From contig NW_024704742.1 of NCBI RefSeq assembly GCF_018977255.1, positions 90,026,001 through 90,090,000 on the forward strand: 64,000 nt of DNA, read 5' to 3'. The notes under the pieces were generated by a model. The model did no database searches. It saw only the letters and a program-made list of their open reading frames with translations, and was not told the DNA's origin. The position numbers were made by a program, and so were the translations under genes. Source of the stretch: Callorhinchus milii (Eukaryota). Shown here one piece after another: positions 1 through 12,535 of the stretch; the first letter of the stretch is position 1; each line of letters begins with the position of its first letter.

Positions 1-324
1 TGTTATTCAACAATGTCGTGTCTAAGCTCCCAAGGCAGCTGCAATTCGATGTGGGAATGCAATTTGATACCGAGGGTCAGAGGTGAGAAACTTTCATCTT
101 TCGTGACTAACAGACAAGATCCAACAGCAATATTGTTCCGAGTAAGTGATAGGCTTGATTGGACCAGTACATCAACTACTATAATTTGGGTGATATGGAT
201 AGCCACATGGCAGTTATTCTGCTCCATGTTGTACATTCATTAATGTGGGCTAAGCCCTCGACTTCTCAAATAGGTACAGCTTGCAAATTTGTCCCTTGTG
301 CACAGGGATGCAATTCTGTATGAA

Positions 325-472
325 TAATAATAATAATAAATAATAATAATCATTGCATTTGATACAGTGCTTATCATATTGTTGAGACATCTTAAAACGC
401 TTCACAGGATCTAATGTAAAATGGTTGACTGTGTATTTTGTGGGCAAAATGCAGCAGCCAGTTGCTCACAGC
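325..472 (-). mobile_element. 3' part of SINE (shared Deu/L2-type tail ending in (ATT)n)
   Basis: Reverse complement of ...GTGAAGCGTTTTAAGATGTCTC...CAAATGCAATGATTATTATT, the same tail as the full SINE copies; similar tail-only fragments at ~685-810, 18285-18350, 22212-22288, 23450-23692, 25597-25788, 34790-34950, 41472-41698, 51372-51482, 52735-52900, 55766-55873. Confidence 0.8.
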
Positions 473-547
473 TATGGAGGGAGTGACCAATTTTACTTCA
501 GGGAATTGTTGGCCTCGACAACATAATAATCCTCCCAACATGCCCCA

Positions 548-682
548 GGTCTGACAAAGGGTTGTGGACCCGAAACGTTGACTCACTTTCCTTTCTCCAT
601 AGATGCTGCCTGACCTGCTGAATGTTCCCAGCGACTCCTGTTTTTGTTTTTAGATTTCCAGCATCTACAGTATTTTTTGTTT
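548..682 (+). mobile_element. Short Penelope-like (pseudo-LTR) element with a degenerate hammerhead core
   Basis: CTGACAAAGGGTTGTGGACCCGAAACGTTGAC...GATGCTGCCTGACCTGCTG...TTCCAGCATCT; same family at 53785-54010, 61810-61938, 62135-62252. Confidence 0.7.
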
Positions 683-1304
683 TGATAATAATCTTTGTAT
701 TTGATACAGTACCCTATCACATTATTGAGATGTCTCAATGTGCTTCACAGGAAATACTGTAAAATGTATTTTAGAGTGCTGTATATTTTGCGGCAAATGT
801 AGGGATAACTTGGCATTGAAGCTCTTAAATTAAATTGTACGTTTAAAATTGCGTTAATGTTTTCTTGTGATTGCACACAAACAGATTTGCAAAATTTTAG
901 CTCATGCAAAATCTAAAGAATACTGTCTCTACTTGTATCAACAGTGTATCACATGGAACGCATAGAACAGAATGACCTCTATGTTTTTCAGCTCATCTGG
1001 AGAGAAATAGATAAGCTAATAATATTAATAATGCTACATTTAATACAGAGTGTATAATATCAAGTATGTCTTCACAAAATTCTGTGCAATGTAGTGACTG
1101 CATATTTTGTCAATGACGAGTAAAAATATATAGTAACCCTACTGTCTTCCTTAAGGTTTGTGGCTGGATAAACATCACACTGTATTTAGATTACTTTGTA
1201 CCAGGTGTAGAGTATTATTATTAGTAGTATTTTATGATTATTGTCACTATTATGATCTGATGATTAAATGCTTGAAGAAAAAAATACATTGAAGGATCTG
1301 GGTG

Positions 1305-1385
1305 AAAAAGCAGGAGAATAGGATTAGAGTGGACAGTGCAAGTAGGAGATCAGCACAGACACAGACATAAACTTTCTATGATTTT
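1305..1385 (+). mobile_element. CR1 LINE 3' tail fragment
   Basis: GCAGGAGAATAGGATTAG...TTCTATGATTTTATG; same tail as 6153 and 20200. Confidence 0.5.
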
Positions 1386-1450
1386 ATGCCAGGATTCTTC
1401 TTTTTTCCGAAACTTCCTGCCAAATTCAAATACATTTCTGACAGACTTAC

Positions 1451-1535
1451 GAAGGCTCCTCAGACACAGCCACTATTTCCTCCAGTTCCTGGGCCTGCTT
1501 ATACCAGGGCAGCTTAGCTTCCACAGGCAGCTTCT
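1451..1535 (-). CDS. ADAMTSL1: ADAMTSL1 exon 13 equivalent: (E)KLPVEAKLPWYKQAQELEEIVAVSEEP(S)
   Basis: tttccAG acceptor, GTAAGT donor, 85 nt, phase 1 to 2; read-through of the donor gives TCG TAA. Confidence 0.95.
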
Positions 1536-2024
1536 CTGGAAACAGACAATAAGAATACCTTTGAAGACTTTGGACAATGGAATCCACCTCAAATGATCTT
1601 CAACCTATCTTAGCCAGCAAGATCATAAAGTTTAAGATGGTGCAGAATTGTCAAAGGTTCTTAAATCCTGTCTTAATGTGGAAGCTTTTTAAGACCTGTG
1701 GAATATTGGCATCCAAATTGATAGTAAATTTAAGAATTTTCCACAATTCTGTTATGGGAAACTCGTCTCACGCACTAAGATTGATTTTTCCATGAACAGA
1801 ACATCAATACTGTGCTATGAACTCAAATGAAGTACAGTTCCTACACACCAAAACACAAACACTTGGGTTTTGAAACGCTTCAGCAGACAAACATTGGATT
1901 GAGACAAAGTGGGTGGACAAAAGATTTGCACAGTAAACCCCCGAGGAATAACTCATGCAGCTATAATGATCCAGTTGCTTCAGCTCCGTGATGACTCACA
2001 ATCCAACAGAACAAGAACAGCTGT

Positions 2025-2250
2025 CTCATGGCAACACCACCTCCTCCAAGGTCCCCTCCAAGTCACTCACCATCCCAATTTGGACATACATTCCCCATCA
2101 CTCCTTCGTTGCTGGGTCAAAATTGTGCAACACAATTGTGGAAGAACCATCACCACCAGGATTGCAGCAGTTCAAAGAGAAGATCCCACCATCTCAGGAC
2201 AACCAGGGCTGGACTTGCCAGTGTCCCTCCCATACTGAGATGAATAAAGG
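2025..2250 (+). mobile_element. LINE (CR1/L2 group) 3' end
   Basis: CCCCTCCAAGTCACTCACCATCC...GCTGGGTCAAAA...ATGAATAAA; second copy on the minus strand at ~40470-40690. Confidence 0.65.
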
Positions 2251-2299
2251 CAATCAAATGGTGCTAAATATACACCTTAATATAATCCTTCATATTTAC

Positions 2300-2447
2300 C
2301 TTTTGGTTTGTAGCATGGGACAGGGATGGTGCATTCTTCCTTGATGTGAGGTTTTTTCTTAGAGTTACATCCACCCGCATGCAGTCCTCTGTGGTCAATA
2401 CAAAGGACCACTCTGTATCTGAGTCCTTGTCCGCATGTCACTGTACA
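2300..2447 (-). CDS. ADAMTSL1: ADAMTSL1 exon 12 equivalent, TSR4: CTVTCGQGLRYRVVLCIDHRGLHAGGCNSKKKPHIKEECTIPVPCYKPK
   Basis: ctcccAG acceptor, GTAAAT donor, 148 nt, phase 0 to 1. Confidence 0.96.
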
Positions 2448-4544
2448 CTGGGAGGACAGGGGGAAGAGAAGAGCAATACTAAATAAAAGATGTGGCCTTA
2501 CATCTGCAGCCATAAATGCATTCATCTGCCTGAGAACAAGAGACAAATAAATGAATATAATTAAAATAACAGAGCTCTGTGTAATGTGCTGGTGCACTGT
2601 GATACTTATTGCTGCTGCCAAGAAAAGCACTTGGATATGAATTAAGGGCATAACACCAGTCTATGAAAAAGTCATGCTCTTAAATGGTCAACAAATTATG
2701 TTGCCCTGTAGCGAGTGAATCATACCAATAAAATTTCAAAGTTAGTGCCTGATGACAACAACAGTGAGAAAATGTTGACTTACGACAGTTGCCTTTCCAA
2801 GGAAGCAACAGCATGTTGGGTCAGGAGGGCATCTCACATAAAGCAATAGTCATCTTGATGACGCATGACAGATACCATCCTTGGTATCTTTTCCACCAAA
2901 CAGACATCAATTCTATCACTAAGGTGTGTGGTCACATTGTAATCATTTTAGACTGAATCACACCCCAGTGAAAAGGATTATTCCAACTATGGTTGGAAAT
3001 TTGGCTTAGGGAAAAAATGTTTTTGAAAGTTTAGCATTTTATTGCAAAAAAAGAAAATTCTTATGAAGTGACTGAGTGGAACTAATGGGCTTTAGGTGTA
3101 CTTGCCAAAGCAGGGTCAGACTTGATTTCAGTCTCATCCTTAACATATCCAGTCTATCTGGAGTTTGAGAAGATAGTGAGTCTAACAGTTTATCACTGGC
3201 TAATTATTTATATGACAGTACCTCTCCTTATATGTCCATACAATTGGAGCATAAGGGACATTGTATATTGAGCATTCTTCTTTTCATTCACATTATTCCT
3301 GTCCACGATGACAGGTTTGTTTCATGTTTAAAGATTTTAACCCATGATTCAAATTCTGGGAGATGGAGACCACAATTCTTCTCACTTTATCTGCTGATCA
3401 GAAGATGTGCATTTTAGCTTTAGATTTGATCAGATTGACTCAATCCAGTAGCGATAAGAAAACAGTGTGAGTAAAACACAACAGGATATCACAAGATAAA
3501 TATTATGATATAAACCCTGCAGTTTATAGAGGGGAAAAATGAACAATTCATAAATATCAAATCACAAATTGCATTATTTAACCCCATAAACTATGTTTAA
3601 CCATGTTTAACAATATTCAGTCACTAAATTTTAGGGTAAAATCCTTTGAAGCACTTTGTGATGTCTTAAAGGCAAATGCGAGGATTATGATATTGTTATA
3701 TTAACCTATGTTTGGATTGGGTGGTACAGCGCAAAATGAAAAGGGACAAAGTGGCAGCAGTGCTCACTTTATATATTCAGTTCCAAGAAGCTGTTTTTTT
3801 TAATCTATAGGTTATTGACTCCTATGAGCTGCCACTGAAATATCTCACTGATGGAACAAATAAACAATATAAACTAAGCAATTTGTTAAAAAATAAAGCA
3901 CCTTGTTGCTGCAGCAAGGGATAGTTTATATAGCTTGATCTCATTCAGTACAATTCAGTGAATCATGGGTCATCATCCACATCAATTTATTCTGGTTTTG
4001 ATGAGAAGCACAGCACAGCATGAAGTGAGCTCAGAGAGGTATTTTGTTTCGTGAGCTGGATTTGGGTAAGGTCATATATATTTAATGTATCCCAGTTGCT
4101 GGGTCTATTGCTGTCTCAGAAAACATGGTGATGATGTGGCAGTAGTAAGATTAGGTGCAGAAGACTTTGGGAATTGACTAGAGTTAGATGGAGATTGATA
4201 TGAGGGAATGAATTTAAATATATAAAGCCTCATCTGATTGGAATCAGCTGTTTAAACTGATCTAAACCGATGAACAGTGGCAGAGACATGACAGTGACAG
4301 AGACATGGGTGGGGGTGCTGTGGAAGGAGCAGGAGAGAAGCAGAACCTAACTCATGGTCTGCATTGCAATACCGCTGGAATTGAGCTAAATATAATGCAG
4401 CTGAACTTGAATGTTGCACTGGTAAGTTTCTTGCTACTTGTTTGTCTAGAACAACACCTAAATGTCAGGATTTTATTTTTTTAATCAGGAGATGAATGAA
4501 AGAAATCCTCAAACCCTTCCCTCCTCAATGACAGGTCAAATCTT

Positions 4545-4892
4545 GCTTCACAAGATTTATTCCGATGTGTAGTGACTGTAAACTTTATAGGCTAAAGCAG
4601 CAGCGAATTTGCGCACACCAATGTCCCACAAACAGCCATGAAGTGAATGAACAATTTTATCTGTGTATTGCTGGCCAGAACACCAGGAGACATTCCCTCC
4701 TCTAGTGGGATGGGACCTTTAAAATCCACCTGAATAAGCAGACGTGGCTTCGGTTTAATGTCTCATAAAATAACTCCAAGCACTGCATTTGAGTGCGAAA
4801 CCAGGATGCTATGAGTTCAAACACCCAATGTGGGGCTTCTATCCCTAATCACCTGACACATAGGCAAGTGTGCTACCAACTGAGCCAAACTG
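4545..4892 (-). mobile_element. Deu-domain SINE (SacSINE1/AmnSINE1-related), diverged
   Basis: Minus strand has head TTGGCTCAGTTGGTAGCAC, Deu motif GAGACATTAAACCGAAGCC...GGTCCCAT...CTGGCCAG and the shared tail. Confidence 0.75.
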
Positions 4893-5357
4893 ACTCTCAT
4901 ATTCGGGCATATTATTACAGGACACACTCAAGCTCAGGTACATCCAGCTTCACTTTCACTTCTACTTTCACTCACTTGTGTTTAGGCACAAGTTGGACAA
5001 CAGACACTAGACAATTTTCCAAAAGTAACCTAGATTAATATTATTTATGGTGGAACTTTAACAGCTGCAGTTTTCTGACGATGGACCAATTTTTAAAAAA
5101 AATGCAGAGAACGAATGTGGTCACGGCAGAGACATCAGGACTGAAACAGTAGTTGATACTGGCCTCCATACAAGAATGGGTACATTCCTTCTAAGAACAC
5201 ATCTAGAAACTGAGACAGCTTCCCAAATGTTGCTAACAATGAGGCAATTGTGGACTGTTGTTTTCACTCCTGATATTGTCTGTGTCGGCAGGAATTAGGT
5301 AATTAAAGGGATTTTGTGACAGCATGTCTGAAATCATAAGATGAAAGAAATGCTTAC

Positions 5358-5562
5358 CGGAGACCATTCCTGGGTCAACCACTTTGGACAGTCAAAGAGG
5401 TTACAAGGCTGCACGACAGGAAACTTGTGTGTGTACATGCACTTCCACTCCTCCACTGTGTTTATCTGTCCATTAATGTCTTCCTCCACACAGGAGATAG
5501 TGCGGATCTGAACACCTCCACCACAGGAGCTGGAGCAGGAAGTCCAGGGACTGCTGTCCCAT
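5358..5562 (-). CDS. ADAMTSL1: ADAMTSL1 exon 11 equivalent, TSR3: WDSSPWTSCSSSCGGGVQIRTISCVEEDINGQINTVEEWKCMYTHKFPVVQPCNLFDCPKWLTQEWSP
   Basis: cttatcAG acceptor, GTAAGC donor, 205 nt, phase 2 to 0. Confidence 0.96.
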
Positions 5563-6152
5563 CTGATAAGATACAAGAAACAGTCAAGCTTGGGTGCACT
5601 GCATTTACAGGTAAATTCTCAGTGACATGCAAGACAAGGGGCACAGTTTCATCACTGAGGTTCATGGCAATGACTTTGCACCTGATGTGCAAGCGAATAG
5701 AGGCACCTGCAATACAGCTATTTTAATGTTCATACATCCTACTGAGGGGTTTTATTGCTGTCTCTGGCACCAAGATTCAGGTCATGTCAGGGTGCTCTTC
5801 CACACTGAGCTGTTTCATAAACCACAAGCACATTTTTGAGAGGTATAGCTGTAATAAGCTGTTTGCCTTAAACCATGAGACTCGAGGGTTTAGAAACTTC
5901 AATTAAAAAGCTGTAAGTTGGATTAGAGTTTAGATTTGTTACCTAGAGAGTTATAAAGTACCTCCCAATAAAAGCAGCTGGTGCTCCATACATTAACTCC
6001 TTCAGAATACATATTTGCTTGGGACCCATTTGGGAGGTAAAAACAGTGTGCAGAATCAGATGGACACTCTGTGGGACACAATGGTTTCTATGCTACTGGA
6101 GCCAGGAAATGTATATCTGCAATGAAGCTGGGAATGTGGTGACAGATATTCA

Positions 6153-6722
6153 TAGAATCATCATAGAATTACACAGCCAAGAAGGAGGCCATTCGGCCTT
6201 TCGTGTCTGTGCCGGCTCTTTGAAATGAGCTATCCAAATCAATCCCACTCTACGCTCTCTCCCCATAGCCCTGCAAACTTGTTCTCACCAAATAATTATC
6301 TAATTCTCTCTTAAAAGCTGTTATCGAATCAGCTTCCACCACCCTTTCAGGCAATGAATTCCAGATTCGAACAATTCGCTGTGTAAAAAAAATTTCTCCT
6401 CACCTTCCCTCTGTTTCTTTTAACAACTATTTTAAATTGGTGCCCTCAGGTTACCGACCCATCCGCCAGTGGAAATAGTTCCTCCTCGTTCACCCTATCG
6501 AATCACCTCATAATTTTGAAAACTTCTATTAATTCTCCTTTTAACCTCCTCTGCTCCAAGGAGAATAATCCTGGCTTCTCTAGCCTCTCCTGATAACTGA
6601 GGTCCCTCATTCCTGGTACAATCCTGGTAAATCTCCTTTGCACCCTCTCCAATGCCTTGACATCCTTCCTAAAGTGTGGTACCCAGAATTGAGCACAGTA
6701 CTCTAGCTGAGGTCTAACCACA
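6153..6722 (-). mobile_element. CR1 LINE 3' fragment (ORF2 C-terminus plus 3' UTR)
   Basis: ORF VRPQLEYCAQFWVPHFRKDVKALERVQRRFTRIVPGMRDLSYQERL is a typical CR1 ORF2 end; tail ...TTCTATGATGATTCTATGA. Confidence 0.92.
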
Positions 6723-7083
6723 TATATTATGTGGGAACATTTTGAATGTTTTTCTTGAGGTTTATCAATAGGAATCAGGGAGTTTCTATGTGAAACATTG
6801 CTCCAGGAGTAGATTTTGTGTGGTCTGTGGAAGGATCAGGTCTGGTGGGTCAATGGTGGTCCTACATTTTTTGTTACATTCTTTATGTCCGTAAAGATTT
6901 TTTCGCTGCTCATGAGCCGATTGGTTTAATTTTTTCTGGGGGGACGAGGTGTATGGAAGGTAACATGTTTTAAAATTTGTAAATGGCTGAATAAACGAGC
7001 TGACAAATGAAGGAGCTAATCCTTCTACATTTCCTTACTGATCAATGCATTCAGTGGTTCACTGTCAAATGGTATTTACACTT

Positions 7084-7310
7084 ATGGGGGCCAGAAATCC
7101 CATCTGGCTCTAGCCATAGCCTATCTGCTTAACATTTTACAACATTTACGTTTTTAAATCCAGTCTCTGGTTTTCCACAGGTTCTTATAACAACTACAGG
7201 AAACCGGCTCCCAAATGAAGACTGGATTTTAAAAAATTGCCAAAAATTGCATTCTCTGAAAATTTAAGAAAATAGTTTAAGTCTAAACCCAGGTGGAATC
7301 TTTGGCCCAT
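7084..7310. mobile_element. Palindromic MITE (non-autonomous DNA transposon), family A
   Basis: Ends ATGGGGGCCAGAAATCCCATCTGGCTCTAG / CTAAACCCAGGTGGAATCTTTGGCCCAT are inverted repeats; related copies at 30272, 32620, 44262, 49389, 62823. Confidence 0.75.
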
Positions 7311-7387
7311 GAACTTGGGTGATCTTGGATCAGCGGCAAAGTCTTGTGAGTTGATGTGACATATATGGTTCTATGCTAGATAGATAA

Positions 7388-7520
7388 TTAAAAAGGAGGA
7401 ATGTTTTAGGGTATGGGGAAAGCCAGATAAATGGGACTGAAGAGATTGCTCATTTAAAGACCAGCTTAGACACAATGGGCTGGATGGCCTTCTTCTGTGC
7501 TGTAGGTATCTTTGGTTCCA
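7388..7520 (+). mobile_element. CR1 LINE 3' UTR fragment
   Basis: GGGTATGGGGAAAAGC...GACACAATGGGCTGGATGGCCTTCTTCTGTGCTGTA. Confidence 0.7.
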
Positions 7521-8104
7521 TACATAGGGGTCCCCTGCTTTATTTATCTCAATTTAAATTGCAAGATACTGTTTTCCTGAGGAGAATTTTTTCAACCAGC
7601 CTATCATGATTAGATGTCCTATGAAGGATCTAATGCAAAATGATCAGCCCTCTTCTTGCTACCTTAGTTGTATAAAATGGGATGTTAACACCTGTGAATT
7701 AACCAAACAGATTTGCAAGGTTTTGAGAAAATAATGGACAAGTTATTTTCTATATCGACTAATAGGTAAGCTACAAGCCTCCAATTAAAGTGTTAAGTGG
7801 ACATCTCAAAGTGTAAGTCAGGGATGTCATCAAGTGTTTGGTGTCAAACAGTCTGAGATCTGCATAATGTAACAGGATCTTATATCAGACTGAGGATGTT
7901 TGCACTGCTCACCCTGCAGAAAGAAGTACATTAAAACAAAACTGTTTGTGGAGAACAAGGCAGGGTACTTGTGTAAACTTATGTTCTTGTGCCAACCCAG
8001 GAAGAAATTGTGCGCCAAATTATTTTGTTTAAGTTTTGTAGAAGTCTCAGTGGGTGATGCTATCTTTCCCAGTATGTTTAGTGCACATTAAGTTCATCTA
8101 ATGG

Positions 8105-8230
8105 GGTAGTTTAGTGTTGGGCCAAACAGACCAACAGATTCTTATCCATGTTTATGCTAAGTTAGCTGATTTCTGTTTGGGCAACAGGAGGGGAGTTACA
8201 ATTGACCTCAGTGCCTTTAAATCTGTCAGA
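8105..8230 (+). mobile_element. Ancient SINE relic (AmnSINE2-like)
   Basis: GCTAAGTTAGCTGAT...GGGCAACAGGAGGGGAGTTACAATTGACCTCAGTGCC; related pieces at 16832-16900(-), 50875-50950(+), 51580-51910(+); family name from recalled consensus only. Confidence 0.45.
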
Positions 8231-8906
8231 GCTTTTACCTTTGATGGTTATCATGTCAAGGCTGATAAATGAATAATAGGCATTTGGACAAGGCAGACAT
8301 GTAATTATACCCATCATGAAGTAAAAAGGAGTGAAACTCCTTCAGGAGAGAAGAATAGAAGAAAATTTGACAGGGAAAAAAGGATTTTTTTTCATAAATG
8401 CAAACATTGTGAAAATGCTCTAAACCTACTGGCAAAATCTAGCGTCATCCATTGGCGAGCCCTTGACATACATTGATGCTCAAACCTATGTCATCTGCTA
8501 TCTCAAACAGATTCTGGACTAATTGACAACATCAGTCAAACACTAATTTCTAAGGTCAATTTTGATATGGGAAAAACAGGCAGAGTTCACCCTAATTGCA
8601 AGGCAGTCAATTTTAAGGCAAAAGCTTCATTTGGATCTATGATTTCTGTTACGGCAGGTTGTAGGATTTGTTCAGTTTTGTTTTTTTAAAAAAAGGAATG
8701 TTCTGGCATTTCACCATTGGATCCAATGATTATTTGGATTGTCGCCACATTGAGGTGAGATGGTGTGGCACAAAAAGGGGAGAAATCCCACGGTGAGTCA
8801 ACTCAAGTTGCTCATGGGCATCTCCTAATGGCCAGTTATAGAACTACATTGTCAGCGACATGGAAGTAACTGATTGCTTACTGTTTTAGCTGAGGAATGG
8901 TATTTA

Positions 8907-9279
8907 TAATAATAATAATCTTTGCATTTGATATAGCGCCTTATCACGTCTTCGAGACATCTCAAAGCGCTTCACAGAGTAAACTACCGTAAAGTGTATT
9001 GACTATATTTTGTGGGCAAAACGCAGCAGCTAATTGTACACAGCAGTGTCCCACAAACAGTCATGGATTGAGTGACCAAGTTATTATTATTATTTTTTTT
9101 CAAGGAATTATTACCACCATAAAAGCGATCTTCCAATCAACTAACAACCGGGTTCCTGCTTACTGCTAGGTAAACAGAGACGTGTGGAGTAAGGAAATTT
9201 GCCCAACGTTTCGCCCTGCCAGGAATCGAACCCTCTCGCTTGCAAGGTGAATGCTCTAACCACTGAGCTACAGGAGTCC
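8907..9279 (-). mobile_element. Full-length tRNA-Ala-headed SINE, long (older) subtype
   Basis: A box TAGCTCAGTGG, B box GTTCGATTC, internal GTCTCTGTTTACCTAGCAGTAAGCAGGAACCCGG segment, tail GAGATGTCTCGAAGACGTGATAAGGCGCTAT...(ATT)n. Confidence 0.9.
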
Positions 9280-10257
9280 ATGTAGAGTTGGAATGAGGGG
9301 GAAGTGAGAACGAGGAATATTTGAACACATTTACAAATGTTGAAAATTATTAGAGGCTGCTAAGAAGCAGCCAAATCTTCAGTACAGGTTTTACCTTAAA
9401 ATATGGCCTAAGTTTGTTGAACGGCAACTTATTTTGCATTAAGCTTTTACTGCCGCACACACTGTAGCCATGGCGCAAAGCTTGAGAGAAAAAACACAGT
9501 GAACAAGACAAAGTAATGCAGAAGCCAGGACAGCTTGTAAGGCCCAGTTCCCCAGACACATTGTGACCAAACACAGCGGTTCTTTACAAATCTGGTAGCA
9601 GCATCATGCATCAGGTGATGGGAAAAAGGAAAAAAGAATGACTTTAACCAGTGTGGTAACTAAAGCAGCAGACAGAGCAGAGAAACAGCGGCTAGGTGGG
9701 TCACGTCTTGACAATCTGTGCAAAGCATACACCAGAGTACCAACAGCCAGCAGCAGCCAAGTGCATGATCGAGTATAATAAAAGCCCAAAGTTTGAATTG
9801 TTGAATGGGGCCATTTCATTAATTTGCCAAGCTTGCTCACTGGCCCAGCCTACCACGATAACATGCTTCCTCCACAGCAACGGCACTTTTTGTTCGGGGA
9901 AGTGCTGTTCCACAATGCAGTGGTGTTTCCTGAGATGGTCTCATTGTGCTACCCCTAATTACTAGTACATACATAAATTTGGTAGGTCATTAACCAATTT
10001 CGGCACAATAGGCACAACGTATAAACAAAAAAACACTTGAAAACAAATCTCCATGGTAATTAAAGAATGGCCCCGTAAACCTTGTAAAGTTTTTGTGTTG
10101 TCATTATATGTTACAAAGAGCTTCGAAGAAACAACAAACAGACACTTCAACTGATTTAGAGCACTTTCCCCCTCTCTCTCTAGGTCTTTATCAGCTGAAG
10201 TTATCTCACTGGCTGCTACATCAATAAGCTTTCATTCTTATTGGCTATTTTACGTAC

Positions 10258-10308
10258 CGAGGAAGGGGTTGGTAGTGGTCAAAAGGGATGATCTGCTTGA
10301 AGCCATCA
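10258..10308 (-). CDS. ADAMTSL1: ADAMTSL1 exon 10 equivalent (51-nt small exon): (S)DGFKQIIPFDHYQPLP(R)
   Basis: cctaacAG acceptor, GTACGT donor, phase 2-2; resembles mammalian SDGYKQIMPYDLYHPLPR. Confidence 0.92.
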
Positions 10309-11224
10309 CTGTTAGGAACAATAATGCGAACTCTCTGAGTGGAAGGTGTATACAACAAAACAGACACTAAATGATTACAGTACAAAACATCATTTACTTC
10401 TGTGACTTGAATTGTTCTTCTGTTAGAAATCTGACTAGAAAGCAAAAGGTTAAAGTTACATCTCTCATTCAATTCACTGTGTTCAACGCTTGTATTGTTT
10501 GGTCCAGGTTAAGAAGTTTTTGAATTTGATTGATGTGTTAAGAGATCTTTTTTCGTTCCCAGTAAAACATTCGGAGCAAATTTCGAATTGAGAAACGGCA
10601 TAAAACATTTTAACATGCAATTTTCAGTTTCTTTCTGCTCTAAAGTGAAATGCAACAACTTTTCAACATACAGGTTACAGACAAATCTAAAACTGCCTCT
10701 GGACACTGGTAACAATCTTCAACCAGTCATGCGACTCTGAGTACGTGCTAACAGGGCAGAGATCAATGCATTTAATAATACAGACTAAACAGTGGTATTA
10801 ACCTCTGACTTCAGTTGTCCAAGCTCAAATTCTTCAAAATAAATAACAAAGCACAATAGTACATCTTTTACTGCATTGCATTTGGGGCAAATGGTCTGTA
10901 GCAGAAAAATGTACTTTCAATTTAACCTCAGCCACTTTATTAAGGAGATAGTGTTAATGTGTTAATTACCACCATCTGGAAATTTGCAACAATTGTGGGC
11001 ATCAAATGTAAGTTGGTTAAGATGTCCCAGCGAGTAAGATTTCCCAGTTTCCACCATTACTTTTCTTCAATAAGATCAGCGGCTAGTCTCCTGTCGATCC
11101 TTCTGTTAGTTGTGTATAATGAGATTCCCAATCTGAACTGGAGCCCATCTGTCTGAACAGTTTGTGATTTTTAAAAATTAAATATCTCTAATTCTTGCAG
11201 TTACAGTTTAGACATGGCTCCAAT

Positions 11225-11645
11225 GCACACTCTTTCCCTAGAGGGATTCATCCTGCTTATCTAATCCCGGAGAGTTTTAGGTGCAGGTTGGCAAGAGCTC
11301 AGGGTATGTGTTGCAGTACTGCTGGAGTTTAACCAGCTAAAACCACATAGTTTGCAATTGAAAGCATTATCTTGTAAGCTTCTCATTGCATGTAAAGCTA
11401 GGACCACCTTACCCATTAGGGCCTTGGCTTGCAGGGTTAATGGGAGCTGAGTGGGGAGTGTCTGCACCCAGTGACCGGTCTACCCTCCTGCCAATGAGCC
11501 AGGCTGGCTGGGCTGTCATCAGCTGTGCCCTGGAATACTGGAGACCCGACTGGCTCAAGAATCGAAGTAACGAGAACACCACAGAGAGTTAACTCGATTC
11601 CGACGTTCTGTTGCCAAACATGTCAACCTGGAGCCAGCTCAATTG
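11225..11645 (-). repeat. Unclassified ~550-600 bp interspersed repeat (family X)
   Basis: Shares CTGGCTCCAGGTTGACATG, GCCAGCCTGGCTCAT, AACCCTGCAAGCC and CTCCAGCAGTAC blocks with the other copies. Confidence 0.85.
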
Positions 11646-12264
11646 CCTGGAGGGCCAGTTCACCTCCCCCCCCCCACCCCTACCCTGAGAATGTTTTGAT
11701 TGCTGGCATAGGAAGCAATTATCTTCAATGAAACACTAAGATGAGTTGTTTGTTTGCGTGGGGCTGATAAGGAACAAAAGCATCCACTTGAAAAAGATTT
11801 GTGAAAAGGGAAACCAATGACATAAGAATATGTCAAAGGTTTTGTTAAAGCATGCTTTTAATTTAATATTTACGAGAAAATACAGCCCATCTGCCAACAC
11901 ACACTCATTAAAATGTCTCTTAAAATGGACTGTGGATTTTTATTAGTGTAAACCGAACCTCCTGGTATTGTATAAATATAATATTTGAACTGATAGTGCT
12001 TACTAAATGCATGGTACTGACCTATTTTCTCTATTTTTAATCATGTTTTCCTTATTGTCTCCAGTGTCTGCTGACAACAGGAAGGAACAAGGTTCTAGCA
12101 AGCAAAGCTTGCACAAACTGACAGATCTGTTCAGAACTACTAATACTAAACACCTTAAGCTAGATCTTTTCAAAAGTCCAAGTAAAGGATTAGATGCTTC
12201 TTCATAACCAATCAATGCTCCACTACATGTCAAATTATGAAATTTTCTACATTACCCCGCGCCA

Positions 12265-12535
12265 CTCACACACGCACACATGCATACATACACAAGCAGA
12301 TACAATACTAAAACACAATACAAAATTACATTTGTAAAGCACCTTTCACGACGGGAGGAAATCCCAAAGCACTGAACAGTCAGGGATTAGGACCCGAGCT
12401 GGGGGGAACACATCCACACCCACACATAATACATTCATACACACATGCATGCACACATGCACAAACACACACTTATAAATACATGCATACATACCGATAG
12501 AGATGCACACCAACAGACACATACATACCTACATA
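12265..12535. repeat. CA-rich low-complexity tract containing an L2 3' tail (~12305-12405, minus)
   Basis: Degenerate (CA)n/(CATA)n; the embedded tail matches the L2 tail at 44478-44560. Confidence 0.75.
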
